A DNA stretch of 64,000 nucleotides, from assembly GCF_009914755.1 (NCBI RefSeq), contig NC_060935.1, one strand, 5' to 3'. Below the pieces are notes generated by a model. That model did not search any database, was not told the DNA's origin, and saw only the letters and a list, made by a program, of their open reading frames with translations. Numbering within the stretch: the first letter of the stretch is position 1; every line of letters starts with the position of its first letter. A program made the translations under genes and the position numbers. The DNA comes from the human T2T-CHM13v2.0 reference genome, Homo sapiens. This document shows, piece by piece, positions 37,871 to 58,099 of this stretch.

Positions 37871-40800
37871 GTCCTCCTCCTCCTCCATCCTTTGGGGACC
37901 CCAGAGCAAATCGCCCCCAGAACCCCAAAGGGGCTAAGGTGGTACTTACGGTGCAGATGGGTGAACCAGGAGAAATCAGAAGGGCTGCCTGCCCACAGCT
38001 AAGCTGGGCCATGACCTTCCCTGGTAGCTTACCTGAGCCCAAGAGGACAGGACCACAAATTCAGAAATCACCTCCTTCCAGAAGAGGGGGTCTCCATCCT
38101 CCCTAGAGCTTCTCTCTCCAAGGAAATCCTCAGGGAATCCCTGGATATTTGGCAAAAGTGCTCATCTATATCAGGAGCTAACCAGCGGAGCCAAGGGAGG
38201 GTGGAGTGGTACTGCATTGGTAGAAAGTTTGAGAGGGCAGGGGACTGTAGATGGTCCATGTGAAGTGCCCTCTTCATGTCTGAATCTCTTTCTGAGTGCG
38301 GGGCAGTAGATTTCTCTGCAATCAAGGACATGGTTGTCTGAGAGGAGCTACTGAGCGAGAGGGGACCTGGGTCCTGGGTCCAGGGAGCCAGCGCGTGCAC
38401 CGGTCCATGTGAGAGCAGAGGAACTGGGGCCTCACTCTGACAGGCAAGATGGGCTAGGGCCGACAAGGGGTCATTTCCTCCCCACTTGTTTCTCTTACAA
38501 TTCTGTTTATTGCATTTGCTTTTCTTGTGACCCAGGAAATTCTGGTTTGGGATGCTTCCCCCTCAAGATTTGCTCCATACGTCTTCGACTGCAGCTAAGC
38601 CCTACTCTTGCGGGTTGTCTTAGCCCAGCATCCAGGGAAACCTAGGCTGTTAGTTGTGTCTTTCTTCATTTCTCTCTCGCTCCTTTTCCTTCCATCTCTC
38701 TCTTTCTTCTCTCTGTGACTCTCTGAAATTTAAGATTTTTAAAATCAGTTTTTACTCAACATATGAATACATTGTCTTCTTAAATATGAGCATTTGATAG
38801 GCAAGACTGAAGTGCCTTTGGCTCCCCCCACCCATTCCAGCCTTTTCTCCAGAAATAACCATTCTCATGAATTCGTGTATAAGATTTTATTTCTCCAGCT
38901 GCACTACAGACTCCTTCCTTAATTCCTGTTTCTAATTAAGAAGCTCTGCAGCCTGACCTGCCACAGAACCCTCCCCTGGTCTGGCCCCCGTGCCCTAGCG
39001 TTGTTCCTAACACAGAGGAAAACTGCAGAAATGCTGTCCCAACCTAACCGAGTTGGAATTTTCCTTTGGCCAAGGGGTGTCACAACCTTCACTGAAGGGC
39101 GGAGCTTGCATCCTGTCTGCACTGCAGGGCACCTCATCTTTGCATCCTTCCTGTCTGAACACACGTAAGGGGATTGTTAACAAAGAGCTGTAGTCTAAGA
39201 GTTGAAACACAGAAGAGCCGGGAAGCCTACCTCTGAGTGATTCCAATATTCTGGTTCCTCTTTTCTCACTCTCTGCCTTTGGGCTGCCCCTGGTCTTTAG
39301 CTGCGTAAGTCTGACTCATTCACCAACTGTGGCAGAAGCTCTTTTAGTTGTCTTATACCTCCTGCCCCAACTTAACAACAACAACAAAACTCAGCTCTTG
39401 ATGGTCCCACTGTCTGTTTAAGAGGAGGAAACCAGCACAGAGCTGGTCCTAATCTTAGTTTTCTGCTCATTTTCACTTCGAAACCTTTCGACTGAAGAGC
39501 CACCTAAACTAAGAGGCTTGGCCGTGTGTTTCATGCTTTGGTGCTTCCATAAATATCCCCTGACCTCCAATTCTTGAAAAACATAAGGGCATAAGGGAAA
39601 AGGGGAATGGGAGAGTGGTCTTTTTGTGGTGGTAATGGAATCTTCATAAAAACAACAGATGCATAACTTTTTAATTAATTGATCCCTAGAATAATGCAGT
39701 AGTGCCTCTTTTCCTTCTCTGATATTTGATTTTTCTACCCATTCTGTAAACTTCCCTCCATCCCCTCCACAAGCTAGTGTACGTCTGTTCCTCTCTGTTA
39801 GATTTGAACTCTGACAGCCAATGAGTACTTTTGATTTCTCTGAAAAATTGACATCATCTAAATAACAATGACAGTAATATGTTAAATTTGAATGGTTCCT
39901 TACAGTTTAAATAATTCTTTCACATTCTATATTAAATAATTCATTTTACATACAATATTACATTTAGTGCTACTGAATAATAGTGTAATTGGTTATTTTA
40001 GAGTCCATGGGGCCCTATTTGACCTATTCCAGCCTCCAGGGTTGCTTAATCGATCCAGTAATATCAATTTATTTTTTTAGAGTCCTTGAGATAAGGATGT
40101 AAACAGTGATTTAAAAGCTAGTGTCAGAATACGCTTTAATTCTTCTGAGAATTCCTACTGAGTCTACAAATACCACACATGTATCCAGTCACCTCCTGGG
40201 AATGATCCAAGTACATCTAAAGCTATTCTTCATCACCCAGATGCCTTATAGGTCTGTGTAGTTAGGGCTGTGACCTCATTCTCTATGGCAGAGAAAACTG
40301 CCACAGGGAATGGAGCTTTGGCCTTAATTGGTTAATTATAAGGGAACCCTGCAGCAGAGAGAAACCCTGCCCTCTGAATCCTGGCTTCCCTCTACCCACT
40401 GTTGGCTTCTGTTCTCAATCCTTTGCCACTATGTATAGCCATGCATGACAGAGTTTTCTCTTACCGCATTTCCTACACAGAGCCCTGGCCTCAACATGTC
40501 TGGCAAATAACTCACGGAATTGATCCTTGTCAGTGCTTTCAATGCAATGCCTTTGAATGGCATGGTTAATTTGGATGGCAAATTATCCACAGGTTTTGGC
40601 TACTGCCACCCTGGCTGTCATCCCCCATTTCCTATGGCTTGGCCAGGCTTCCTATAGATCACAATCTCCCCAATCTGCATCTGCCTCAAAGCTATTTGTT
40701 TTCTCTGCTGCTTGATATTGGTGTTGTCCTATGAATGTTGTAAATGTGCCAATATGGATTTCTGCAAGTGTTTTTTGGGGGGCTGAACTTTCTTTAAAAA

Positions 40801-41363
40801 CAACTTTGGTGCTTGTGTTGGGAGGTTTTGAGCGACTTGAGATTATAATACGGTTTGGGTAATATGCATTCATTTATTCAGTTATTCATTAGTTATTCAT
40901 AAATCAGTAGTTTATTGAAAGGGGATGGATAAAAGAATTGAAAAACATTCAGTTCCTGCTTCCAAGGAGTTTATAGGGAGAGATAGGGTGTACTGATATG
41001 AAAAGGACTGAACATTTACCAATCCATCTGCTCATTGAGGCCAGATTTTTTCCCTGCTCGTCTGGTACATGCATGCAAGCAGTCATTCACTGGACATTCT
41101 CTGAATTACTGTGTTTGCCAGTCACTGTGCCAGGCTCTGGAAATACATAGAAGTCCAATAACATAGAGTCTGTGCCCTACTGGAGCTCACAGACCAGTGA
41201 AGAGGAAGTAGCCAGGCACGGTGGTGCATGCCTGTCGTTTCAGCTCCCTGAGAAGCTGAGGCAAGAGGACCACTGGAGCCTAGGAGTTAGAGGCTGCAGT
41301 GTGCTGTGACCGCACGTGACTGGTGACCGCACTCCGGCTTAGATGACAGAGACCCATCTCTTA

Positions 41364-41501
<138 letters not shown>

Positions 41502-42077
41502 TCAAACTTGGGAAAATTGAGGTGATACAGAAATCTTACTTGTGGGGAAGAGTGAACGTAGGCCCAGCTGTGGTGTGCATGGCCTGGGGGCTGAAAGTTG
41601 GGGGAATGGTTTATGAAAATGATGGTTGACAGGAAATCACTTGTCCGAACCTTAAGCTTTTGAACATAAGTTCTGGCAGACTTTCCCTACCAGTTTTCCT
41701 CCAAGTAGAAAAGTAGAAATTGAAATTTCACATTAAGATTCATCCGCTTGGCAGTCCCTTAGAAATATAGGAATAGGCCAGGCACAGTGGCTCATACCTA
41801 TAATCCCAGCACTTTGAGAGGCCGAGGCAGGAGGATGGCTTGAGCCCGGGAGTTCAAGACCAGCCTGGGCAACGTGGTGAGACCCTGTCTCTACAGTTAA
41901 AAAAAAAATGAGCTGGGCATGGTGGCATGCATACCTGGGATCCCAGCTACTTGGGAGGCTGAAGTGGGTAGATCACTTGAGCCCAGGAGGTTGAGGCTGC
42001 AATGAGCCATGTTCCTGCTACTGTTCTCCAGCCTGGGCAACAGGGTGAGATTCTGTCTCAAAACAAAACGAAACAAA

Positions 42078-42078
<1 letters not shown>

Positions 42079-42117
<39 letters not shown>
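42079..42117. repeat. (CA)n microsatellite in an Alu tail
   Basis: Direct read. Confidence 0.95.
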
Positions 42118-42119
<2 letters not shown>

Positions 42120-43029
42120 ACGAAGAGTTTTAGTCTGGTCTCATCTCCATAAGGGGGACATAGAGTGAGTGAGGAAGAAGATTGGAAAGTGAAACATTGC
42201 TCCTAAAGGCCTTGTGCCCTCCATAGAGTAGCGGTGGCGTCAACACTGGGCCAATTAGAGGCTTCCAGACATTTTCACAATGAACTCCTCTGTGCTTTGC
42301 TGTAGAAATTAAAGGCTTGTTAAGTCTACAGAGCAACTCAGCACCAGATTCCCCAACCTTCTTTTTTCTATCCTGCCTGATTTCTCCTCTCCCCACCCAG
42401 GCTCATTGGCTTCATTCCCACAGGAGGCAATGCCAGCTAAACAGATGCACCCTGGCAGCAGGCTATCAGGCAGCTTTATGTTCCTCGTGGTGAGTGATGA
42501 GTTGGCCAGGCATGTGGAGCAGTGATAGGGCACTGTTAGCCAGGTGCCACTCCCCGAGGCGGTTCAGAGGATCTAGGGAACACTAGAAAGGCTTCATCTG
42601 CCATGATTGGCCTTGTTGTCTAGGCTGTAAGGACCAAAGGCTAAAACTGACACTTTCCTGAATGCATTTTCTTGTTTGTTATTCCCCCAAACCAAGCTCC
42701 ATTAAAGTGGTCATGGATATTAGCTAGATGTGGTAAGGCAATAGAGAACCAATTCCACAGGCCCTGAGGGTGGGCTCTTATCTCCTGTTTCTAGGATGAG
42801 GGACACCCCTAGACCATAGAGTGATACTTCATTCATCCATTCATTCACATGCATTTATTGAGCACTTACCTTGTAACATGTACTTGTGAAGGAGCAGAGA
42901 GTGTTTGGGGACTCATAACTGATGGAAATTTAAAAATAAGTTTAGGAGATGATATCTTTCAGAAAATCTTTAGCTCTTTACTTTCTGATATATTATCTTT
43001 TGACCACTGGGCTGAATACTAATATATTA

Positions 43030-44141
<1,112 letters not shown>

Positions 44142-45853
44142 CAAAGAACCTGTCCATGAAAGGAAGAAGAAATTCAAGGATATTTTTACTTGTGAACTTT
44201 ATTTGTACCCAATTAGCCATCAAATTCAATGAACAAATAGCTTTTGCAGGTTCAGTAAAGGGCTGAAAGAGTTAATAGAAAAGAAATACAATAGGGTGTT
44301 TACTGGCAGAATTTAGGCCAATAATAACATAAGGTTTTTAAATCTCTAGCCTTGCTCTTAGTTTCTCAGCAACTTCCCCACCCTCATCTCCTCATCTTCT
44401 GCTGCTGGAGGGTCTCAGAGTTCTAAACAGGTATCTGGTTTCACTGTAAAACTAATTTCCTTCCTGAGCCATTCATGTCTCCTCCTGAACTGTCTCTCTA
44501 GCATACCACAAAAGCTCTCTGCTTTTCTTGTTTGCTTTTCTTGTTGCCAGCAGGAAAACATAGAGTCGCCTCCTTGGCTGTTTCTGCTCTAAGAACAGTA
44601 GATACCACATACTTCCCTGGTGAAGCCCCATTGGTGCTTTCGCAACTCTAGCAAATAAGTCCCCTGCAGGAATTCTGTGAGCTTGAGTCTTGGAGGAGAT
44701 AGAGAACTGAGGCTCGGCTTACAAACCTGTTTGGAAGGAAGGGCAGGTCCCAAAGAAAAACAGGAAGAAGGTTACATTTGGTGGCAAGAAAGCTTTCAAG
44801 GTCAAGATTTCCTGCACAAATGAAGATTTTGGATGGAATTGTGTATACTAGAAGACTTTTACCTAAAATCATAGGGTTATTTGGAGTGTCTTGGAGGAAG
44901 CTGATGGAGATTATGGGATTGCTAAAGCCTCCTTCCACCGGCCACCTCGTGGTACTATCACTGCTCTCACAACTTTAGAGGGGTCCAGTCTCATCAAGCC
45001 AAAATCCTTCTCAGACAGTTTTAACTCTTGTTATGTCTACTGACTGACTTCTTCTGAGGCCTGACTCAGAGGGTGGTTACCATGAAAACCTTCAGTTGTT
45101 CTAGACATTTATTACACTGGCATCCTTTTAGCTTCCTTAGAACAAATTAGTCATGAAACTCCAGACTGAGATTAGTTCAACACTGTTACACACGTAGTAT
45201 GTACCAACTGTCTTGGTCTTTTTTAAAAAATTAGTTCGGTTACAAGTGCCAAAAACCCAACTTGAACTAGCAGGGATAGGAAGTGGACGTTATTGACTCA
45301 TGGAATCCAAGGAAAGGCAGAAAAACTAAACCATGGAAAGGGCAGGGATGCAGCAGAAACAATGAAATCAAGAACTCTGACACTGGCAGGATCTCTTCCT
45401 CTGTTCTCTGCCTCTTGTCTGCTTCTTTCTATGCTGGCTTTATTCCCATTTACTAGAGCTGGTTTTTCCTTCTCAGGTGGGCAGCATGGCCTATGGCAAC
45501 GTCTAAGTTTTATATCTTACAACTTTGAGAGAGATGAGGGAGGAGGAGGAAGACTGATTCTATTCCTAAATGCCAGTTCAGAAAGTTCCAGGGATTGGCT
45601 GGCTTTCACCAATCAACTTTGGCAGACCAATCAAGTGTGACCAGTGGAGGGGGTGATACAATACCAACCTGGTCATAGGACCCACCACTGTGTGCACAGA
45701 GGAGGGTTCTTAAAGAAGAGGGAATCATTGTGGGCTGGGCAGCTACCCCAGGAGCTGTTAGCTACACTATCACTGTAAGCCTAGCTGGAATCTGATCATT
45801 CCTACTTTGCCTCTCTTGACCAAGATCCAGGGTCATAATCAAAATATAATTCT

Positions 45854-47170
<1,317 letters not shown>

Positions 47171-48095
47171 CAAGATCTATTTCTCAATATTCCAGATATT
47201 TCCATTTTGCTGAGCCTGTTGTATCTTTTTGTCACTGAATAATAGACTTGTAAAATGATAGTGTTAGAAGGAAACAAAATGCAGTTTTTTTTTTCTTTTG
47301 GTGTTTATATTTGTTTTGGTTCTTGTTTTCAGCTGCTGTGTGAAGCCCTTAAATTACTTTAGATGGCTGGAGAGTAGGGGTGGGGGCTTGAGGGTGGAGA
47401 AACACAGGAAGAGTGAGCTGGGTTTTGGACTCCTGACCCTGGCCTAATCAGAGAAGCACTGCTTTTCCCTATTTTACATATCTGCTTCTTACACAAGTTA
47501 TAATTTTAAAAAATAATGAGGCCAAAAAAAATGAAGAAATGAAACTACTAGTCCACCTTTCAGAGAGTAACAGCCTCCTGTAAAAGGCATATGGTATTTC
47601 ATCTGCTACAGAAAGAGAAGCCCTAATATATTGTTCAAATCAAGCAGCAGAGCCACTCAGGGCCCAGGCTTGCCCCACAGGCCTCTTTGAAGACAAAACT
47701 GCTTTGTGGGAGAAGTGGATGGCATGGCTGGCCTTCACAAGTGTCTACTTTGTCCTTAAGTCAGTTTCTTCAGAGCTGGCAGTGGGCATTTATAGGAAGA
47801 ACAGGGTCTTGCCTGCCCCTTGGATGAGAAGTACAGATATCTTCAGGTCAAAGAGAGACAGACAGTTTAGTGCTTGTCTCCCTAAATTAGACATAAAGGG
47901 AGAGGCAGCAGCCTAAAGAAGGATAGTATAACCCTTCACCTGTGGATAAGACTAGCCCTATTCACTTGTGAAGCTCTGATCGCTGTTAGATGCCATTGAA
48001 CAGATTCACGTCAGCATGCAAACATAGTGATGACATGCCAAAGGCTTATCTTCAACTAAATTTTTTTCATCAATGATTTAATTGAAGACAAACTA

Positions 48096-48230
<135 letters not shown>

Positions 48231-48389
48231 CTACAAAAATCAAAAATTTAAAAAAAGAGAAAAGAATGAAGTAACTTGGATCTGGACAGAATGCCAAATA
48301 GCCTCAGCACCTTAGTCTCTAACACTCTCTAGACAGGACTTCAGGATCCACAGTCTAGCCTCCCAGTTCCTGGACTGTCCCCACTGTAA

Positions 48390-50300
48390 TGATTGTCCCC
48401 CTCCATGCCACTTCTACAAGGCCACATACCGAGGCCACACTTGAAACTTACTCTACAGAATTTTCCCATCCCTGAAATCTTGAACTCTGAAACTCTACTC
48501 TGCTCAAAACCCCAGTTTTCACGGTCCTACATTCCCATTAAAATTATTTTTTTCATTCCATCAAGTTCTCCTTTCCTTCCTGTCCTCTACCTTCTTAAGG
48601 CTTATCCACTGTCTCTTAATTTCTTCTCCCTGGCCCAGACTTTACCGTCAGTCACTTCAAGCACTTTCAACACCACGCTTACTTCCTTTGCCCTGGTGGT
48701 CACTGCCTCTCCTCTGATGATTTTCAGTCCTAGATTAGCCCATCCTTGGTTTCCCCTGCTCATGGCCCAGTCCTGCTGAGCAGGTCTAGAGCAAATCATA
48801 CAACCTTGCTGATTGATTCAATTACAAAATGATGATTTCCAGTCCTAGCTGAGTGCTTGGTGCTGCCAGGAATCTTTAGCAGTCAGTGTTCTTTCCATCT
48901 TCTCACAGGGTCTGCCGCAAGTCTCTGACCCTTTCCTGAAGCCTCCTTCATTCTCCCCGTCCCTTTCACCCTCAGCAGATAAACTGGCCTACTTCATAGG
49001 AAGGAATGACTTGAGGGACAGCTGCATTTGAACTCCTTCAGCTTCCCTCTTCCCACCTCCGCACTTCCCCACACTCCTGATCAGAGGACGCAGCTCTTTT
49101 CCTCTTCTCTGAAACTTTGATGCATCATGATACCTCCCATTTCCTCATCTGCCAAATAACTCTTAGAGCTCACCTTACCTTTTGGGATGCTGTAGAGCCC
49201 AGGATTTAGCGTCATCACTGAATTCAAACCCTTGTTCTGTCACTGAGCAGCCCTGCAACTGTGGGCATATTCCTCTGAACCTTGGTTTCCACATCTGTAA
49301 AATGGGAAAAATATTTCCTCGCAGGGTCAATGTGAAGGGAAAAATATATGTATAAGGGATGTAGCAAAGTGCTTAGCACAATACCTGGCATGTAGTAAGT
49401 GCTTGGTAGATGGCACTTATCTCACTGGCAAACTTATCTAGATACTCTCAAACATGGATCTCCCACCCCGCCCCCAGCTCTTGGGCTCTAGACCTGTGTT
49501 TTGCCAACTGGCTGTGGAACATCTATACTCTGGTGTTCTACAAATAGCTCAGACTCTCTCAAAACCGAGCCATTGACTTTTCCCAGTGCTTGTTCTTCAT
49601 GTCTTCTCCATCCCAGTTAAAGCATCACCAGCCAGCCAGTCATTCGGGTCCAACATTTTGGACCCTCTTTTTGTCGCTCCCTACATCCTATCAGTCATCT
49701 CTGGCTTGTTTCTGGAGTTTGTCCTTTGCTCACTGGTGCTGCTTCAGTTTAGGTGCTTATCTTCTCTTGCTTGAATTATTGCCTGGGCTCCTCGTTGGCT
49801 TCTTCAATCTGTATGCTGTTCTTTCTATTCCAAGATGCCAGTCACACAGTTTCACTCTCCTGTTTCACAACTTCACACTTCCTGTTGAAGGTCATTAAGC
49901 CTTAGTCTAAGTGCTGGTGGTCGTGGGCAGACCTGTTTCTCCAACATTATCACCTGCTCCGCCCACACGCTACCCCCTCAACTGGCTGTTCCTCTAAGAT
50001 AGTATGTGTCTTCTGACCCTTCCTCCTTCCATCACCTCTGCCCTTGTCCTCTCTGCAATTGGCAGACATCCGTAAAGAACCAGCCAGATGTCTCCTTCCC
50101 TGTTGACCTTTTCCTGATTCCTCCAGCCTTCCATCCTGTTGCTCCTTCTCTGCATAAATAGCTTTTTTTTTTAAACGTTTCTCTCTTGTAGCAGCAATCA
50201 CTTTGTGTCCGTTATTTATGTGCCTGTAAGCACTGACCTTGGCACAATGCCTGGCAGATAGTAGGGACTCAAGAATATGTTGACTTGAATAAATGAATGC
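48390..50300. mobile_element. Degenerate L2 with embedded MIR (~49185-49420)
   Basis: L2 3' end (cacaatgcctggcagatagtagggactcaagaatatgttgacttgaataaatgaatg); MIR core (gtttccacatctgtaaaatggg). Confidence 0.6.
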
Positions 50301-50606
50301 ATGGAATGACAGGATCTCTTGAGACACAATCTAGCAAGGTGAAATTTATTAAAGGCAAATGTGGATCAAGAAAACCAATTTTACAAGCTCAAAGATGGAA
50401 GGGATATGGTTTAACAGCAAAATGTGTTAAAAATTATTTAGGGGTTTTGGTTGACAGTTTAGTATGAGTCACCAATGTGACCCAAAAAAAGAAAAAGAAA
50501 AGAATATGAAATATCTTGAATGAAGAAGCTGAGTATCTGGTTTTATACCTAGAGTGTTGTGCTTGGTTCTAGGTATTACAGTTTTAGAGAGACTTAGATT
50601 GAATAG

Positions 50607-51033
<427 letters not shown>

Positions 51034-51791
51034 TGATATAGGCTTATGATGTATAATAATCATATCAGTGTAAATGGGGTATCCATCACCACAAACATTT
51101 ATCCTTTCTTTGTGTTACAAATAACCTAATTATACTTTTAGTTACTTTAAAATGTACAATATTATTGCTGCCTATAGTCACCCTTCTGTGGAATAGCAGT
51201 AATTCTTCAAACCAGTTTGCTTTTAAGGTTTTTTAAAATAAATTACCAAAATAGACAAACTACTAGCTAGCATAAATAAGAAAAAAAAGGGAGAAATACA
51301 AATACACAAAATAAGAAATGACAATAGAAAAATAGCCACTGAAACAGAAAAAGTAATTACAACAGACTTTGCAGTCCTCTGTGCAAATACATTCAAAAAC
51401 TTTGATGAAATGGATAATTTCTTAGGTAAATACTGATTACCAAAATTGATAGAAAATGGAAGTTTAAACAAACCAATTTCTATAGAAGAATTAGAGAACC
51501 CTATTAAGGAATTATTCCTCAAAAAAGTACAGGCCCAGATTATCTCATGGGTAATTCTACTAAACCTTCAAATATCAGATGGACACAATGTTGTGTAAAT
51601 TATTTCAGAGCATTGACAATGAAGGAAAACCCATAAATATGTACACCTACTGTATACCTATAAAAATCAAAAATTAAAAAAAGAAAATGAAGACTTTCCT
51701 AAAAGTTTTTATGAAATGTAATATTTATATCTAAACATTATAGAGATGGTGCAAAAAAAAACTACAGACTAATATTATTTATGAATATCCA

Positions 51792-52480
<689 letters not shown>

Positions 52481-53592
52481 TGAGTAGGATGATTCAACAT
52501 CATAAATATGTCAATTTTCTCTAAATTAATTTATAAGTTTAATACAATCCCAGTAAAAATTCCAAGAAGCTTTTTTAGGAAGTTAGACAAATTGACACTA
52601 AAGTTCATATGGTGAAATAAATACACAAGAACAGTCAAGAAAACACTAAGGCAATGGTTTACAGGCAGTAGTTTACCTGTAATCCCAGACTTTGGGAGGC
52701 CAAGGTGGGAGGAAGGTGAGGCCAGAAGTTCTAGCCTGAGCAACAAAGTGAGACCCTGTCTCTACAAAAAAATCCAAAAATTGGCCAGGCCTGGTGGCTC
52801 ACACCTGTAATCCCAGCACTTTGGGAGACCAAGTCAGGCAGATCATGAGGTGAGGAGTTCGAGACCAGCCTGACCAACATGGTGAAACCCCATTTGTACT
52901 AAAAATACAAAGTTAGCCGGCTGTGGTGGTGCGTGCCTGTAATCCCAGCTACTTAGGAGGCCGAGGCAGGAGAATTGCTTGAACCCAGGAGGCGGTGGTT
53001 GCAATGAGCCGAGATCACACCACTACACTCCAGCCTGGGTGACAGCGTGAGACTTTGTCTCAAAAAAAAAAAAAAAAATCCAAAAATTAGCTGTGGTGGC
53101 GTGTGACTATGGCCTTAGCTACTCTGGAGGATGGGACTAGAGGATGGATTGAACTTGGGAGGTTGAGGCTGCAGTGAGCTGTGATCATGCCACTGAACTC
53201 CAGCCTGGGCAACAGAGCAAGACCCTGTCTCCAAAAACCAAACAAAGAAAAAACAAATGGGGCAGATTTCTATAAACCACTTTGGAGTGATTTTCAGAAT
53301 TAAATCAAGTGAATCAAATGAAGTGAAGTTAGAAAGAAAAGTACAAATTAGTATCAATACTATCAGGTTTTTCACAAAAGAAAGAAAGAGAAATAAAGGA
53401 ACATACATGTATCTGTTATTTTCCATATAAACTGGAAACTAATGAGCTTGGTTATGTGGGATAGGGTGCGGAGAGGTACATGGGAATGCGGTGGAAAGAA
53501 TGATGTGGGAGTGACACTTTTTATGTTTTTGAATAGCTCTTTCAGGACCTTATTAATTTTTCATCTATCCAAAAAATAAATAATTAAAATCA

Positions 53593-53884
<292 letters not shown>

Positions 53885-54078
53885 TCAATAAATAAAATCA
53901 ACCAGAATTTGGGGCTAACCAAAAATGAACTACAAAGAGTAACAGATGAACCTAACTGTATTATAAATGAATAATATAACCACAGTGGAAGGAGTGGAAA
54001 AGGAAAGAACTAACCCAAGTAACTTTGGAAGCAGTATTTTGGCTGTGTACTGTAAGGCTAAAGACAAAAAGTATTGTA

Positions 54079-54897
54079 CAGTAAGCTGTCTCTATCCATG
54101 CGTTCTGTATCCATGGCTTCAGCATCTGTGGATTCAACAAACTGCAGATCAGAAATATTTGACAAAAGAAACGCGTCTGTACTGAGTAGCTACAGACTTT
54201 TTTTTTTTGTCATTATTCCCTAAACCAGAGGTCCCCAACCTTTCTGGCACCAGGGACCGGTTTCATGGAAGACAGTTTTTCCATGGACCAGGTGGGGGAT
54301 GGTTTTGAGGTGATTCACACACATTACATTTATTGTGCACTTTATTTTTGTATTATTACATTGTAATATATAATGAAATAATTATACAACTTACCATAAT
54401 GTAGAATCAGTGGGAGCCCTGAGCTTGTTTTCCTGCAACCAGATGGTCCTATCTCGGGGTAATGGGAGACAGTGACAGATCATCAGTCATTAGATTCTCA
54501 TAAGGAGGGTGCAACCTAGATTCCTCACATGCACAGTTCACAATAGGGTTCCCATTCCCATGAGAATCTAATCCCACCGCTGATCTGAAGTGAGGCGGAG
54601 GTCAGGTGGTAATGTGAGCAATGGGGAGCAGCTGTAAATACAGATGAAGCTTCACTCTGTGGCCCGGTTGCTAACAGGCCATGGACCAGATGCCTGTCCT
54701 AAACTATTACAGCTTAATAACTATTTACATAACATTACATTGTATTAGCTATTACAAGTAATCTAGAGATGATTTAAAAGGGTGCTTAGGTTATATGCAA
54801 ATACTATGCCATTTTATATCAGACAGTTGAGCATATATGGATTTGGTATCCAAAGGAGTTCCTGGAACCAGTCCTCTATGGATAATGAGGGACAACC
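54079..54897. mobile_element. MER2/Tigger-like element containing a MER1A-like hAT element (54226-54696)
   Basis: MER1 TIR CAGAGGTCCCCAACC with 8-bp TSD CCCTAAAC/TCCTAAAC; MER2-type ends (CTCTATCCATG... / ATGGATAATGAGGGACAAC). Confidence 0.8.
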
Positions 54898-55463
54898 TTA
54901 TACAAATACTCTATTGTAGTTAATAAATTTATTTTTCACCAGGTATGAGTTAGCAGTTCTGAAATGATTTTATGTGTATTCAGGGACTGAGCAAATAAAT
55001 ATGTATTATGGATAGTGAGAGTCAGTTTTCTCAGGAGAAAGGAGTTACACAAATAAGGAAAAGTGAAAGGAAAGGATGAACTCTGTGGTGTTGGGTTGGA
55101 AGAGATATCAATATAATTTATGGTATAAATTATGTATGTAAATATATATATACACACACAACACACCCCCATATGTATATATATACATTCCATACATTCA
55201 TATATATGTCAAGATAAGTACATATAGGTATGTATGTATGCATATATAAATTTCCTACTTTATCTACTGAGAGGACCTAGAATATTACCTCGGTAGCAGT
55301 GAGCACACCTATCACCCAAATCTTGCTTTCTAAAAACTATTCTCCAATAAAAGGAACCAGAGTTCTTTTAAGAAATAGCTCAGCCTGGGCAACATGGCAA
55401 AACCCCATCTCTACAAAAAATACAAAAATTATCCAGGCATGGTGGTGTGCACCTGTAGTTTCA

Positions 55464-55694
<231 letters not shown>

Positions 55695-56227
55695 TTACAG
55701 TGTCAGAAAGTAAGTACTCAAAAGAGGAACAGGCCATATGGTTCAGCAGTTCCACTTCTGGGTATATATTGAAAATAATTGAAATCAAGATCTTGGCCCG
55801 GTGCGGTGGCTCATGCCTGTAATCTCAGCACTTTGGGAAGCCAAGGCGGGTGGATCACTTAAGGTCATGAGTTTGAGGTCAGCCTGGCCAACATGGTGAA
55901 ACCCCATCTCTACTAAAAATACAAAAATTAGCCAGGCATAGTGGCGCATGCCTGTAACCCCAGCTACTCGGGAGGCTGAGGCAGGAGAATTGCTCGAACC
56001 TGGAGGTAGAGGTTGCAGTGAGCCAAGATCACACCACTGCATTCCAGCCTAGGTGACAGAGTGAGACTCTAGCTCAAAAAAAAAAAAAAAAAAAAAAAAA
56101 AAAGATCTTGAAGTGATATTTATATACTTGTATAGCTGCATTATTCACAATATCCAGGAGGTGGAAGCAACTCAAGAGCCCATCAACTAATGAATGGATA
56201 AAGAAAATGTGGTGCATATATATATGT

Positions 56228-56228
<1 letters not shown>

Positions 56229-56265
<37 letters not shown>
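56229..56265. repeat. (CA)n microsatellite within L1
   Basis: Direct read. Confidence 0.95.
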
Positions 56266-56267
<2 letters not shown>

Positions 56268-56701
56268 TGGACTATTATTCAGCCTTGAAAAGGAAAGAAA
56301 TCTTGTCACATGCTACAACATGGATGAACCTTGAGGACATTATGCTAACTGAAATAAGCCAATCACCATAAGACAAATACTGTATGATTCCACTTATATG
56401 AAGTATCTAAAGTAGTCAGTTCATAAAGACCAAAAGTAGAATGGTGGTTGCCAAGGGCTAAGTGGAGGGGGAATTTCAGAGTTGCTTACTTGGTACAGTT
56501 TCAATTTTGCAGTATGAAAAAGGTCTATAGATTTGTTTCACAACAATGTGAATATACTTAACACTACTGAATTTACACCTAGAACTGGTTAATATGGTAA
56601 ATTTTTTGTTTCTTTAATCACAATTTTAAAAAAATGACCTAGGCATGTGATAATAATACAGGAATCAATATGAATGAAGGTATCCTAATGGCCAAATCTA
56701 G

Positions 56702-57680
<979 letters not shown>

Positions 57681-58099
57681 TTACAGTAGAGAAATGTGGC
57701 AGATACTACCTTAACCAAGTGACTGAAGTTAACTTCAATAACGAGATGTATTGGCATCATGTGCCTTTTGGTATGGTTCGCTGAGAAGAGCACAATGTGA
57801 CTTCTGTGGTTTTCTTGCCAAAATTCCATAACCTGAATTTGATTATGAGAAAACTTCAGATAAACCCAAATTGTGGGACATTGTACAACATAACTGGCCA
57901 GCACTCTTCAAAATTGTCAAGGTCATGAAAGACAAAGACTGAGCAGCTGTTCCAGATTGGAGGAGATGGAAGAGACGTGGCAGCCTAGTGCACTGTGAGA
58001 TCTTGGAAGGGATCCTGGACCAGATAAAGGACATTAGTGGGACAGTTGGTGAAATTTGAACCAAGTCTAGATTAGGTAATGGTATTTTGTCACTGTTAG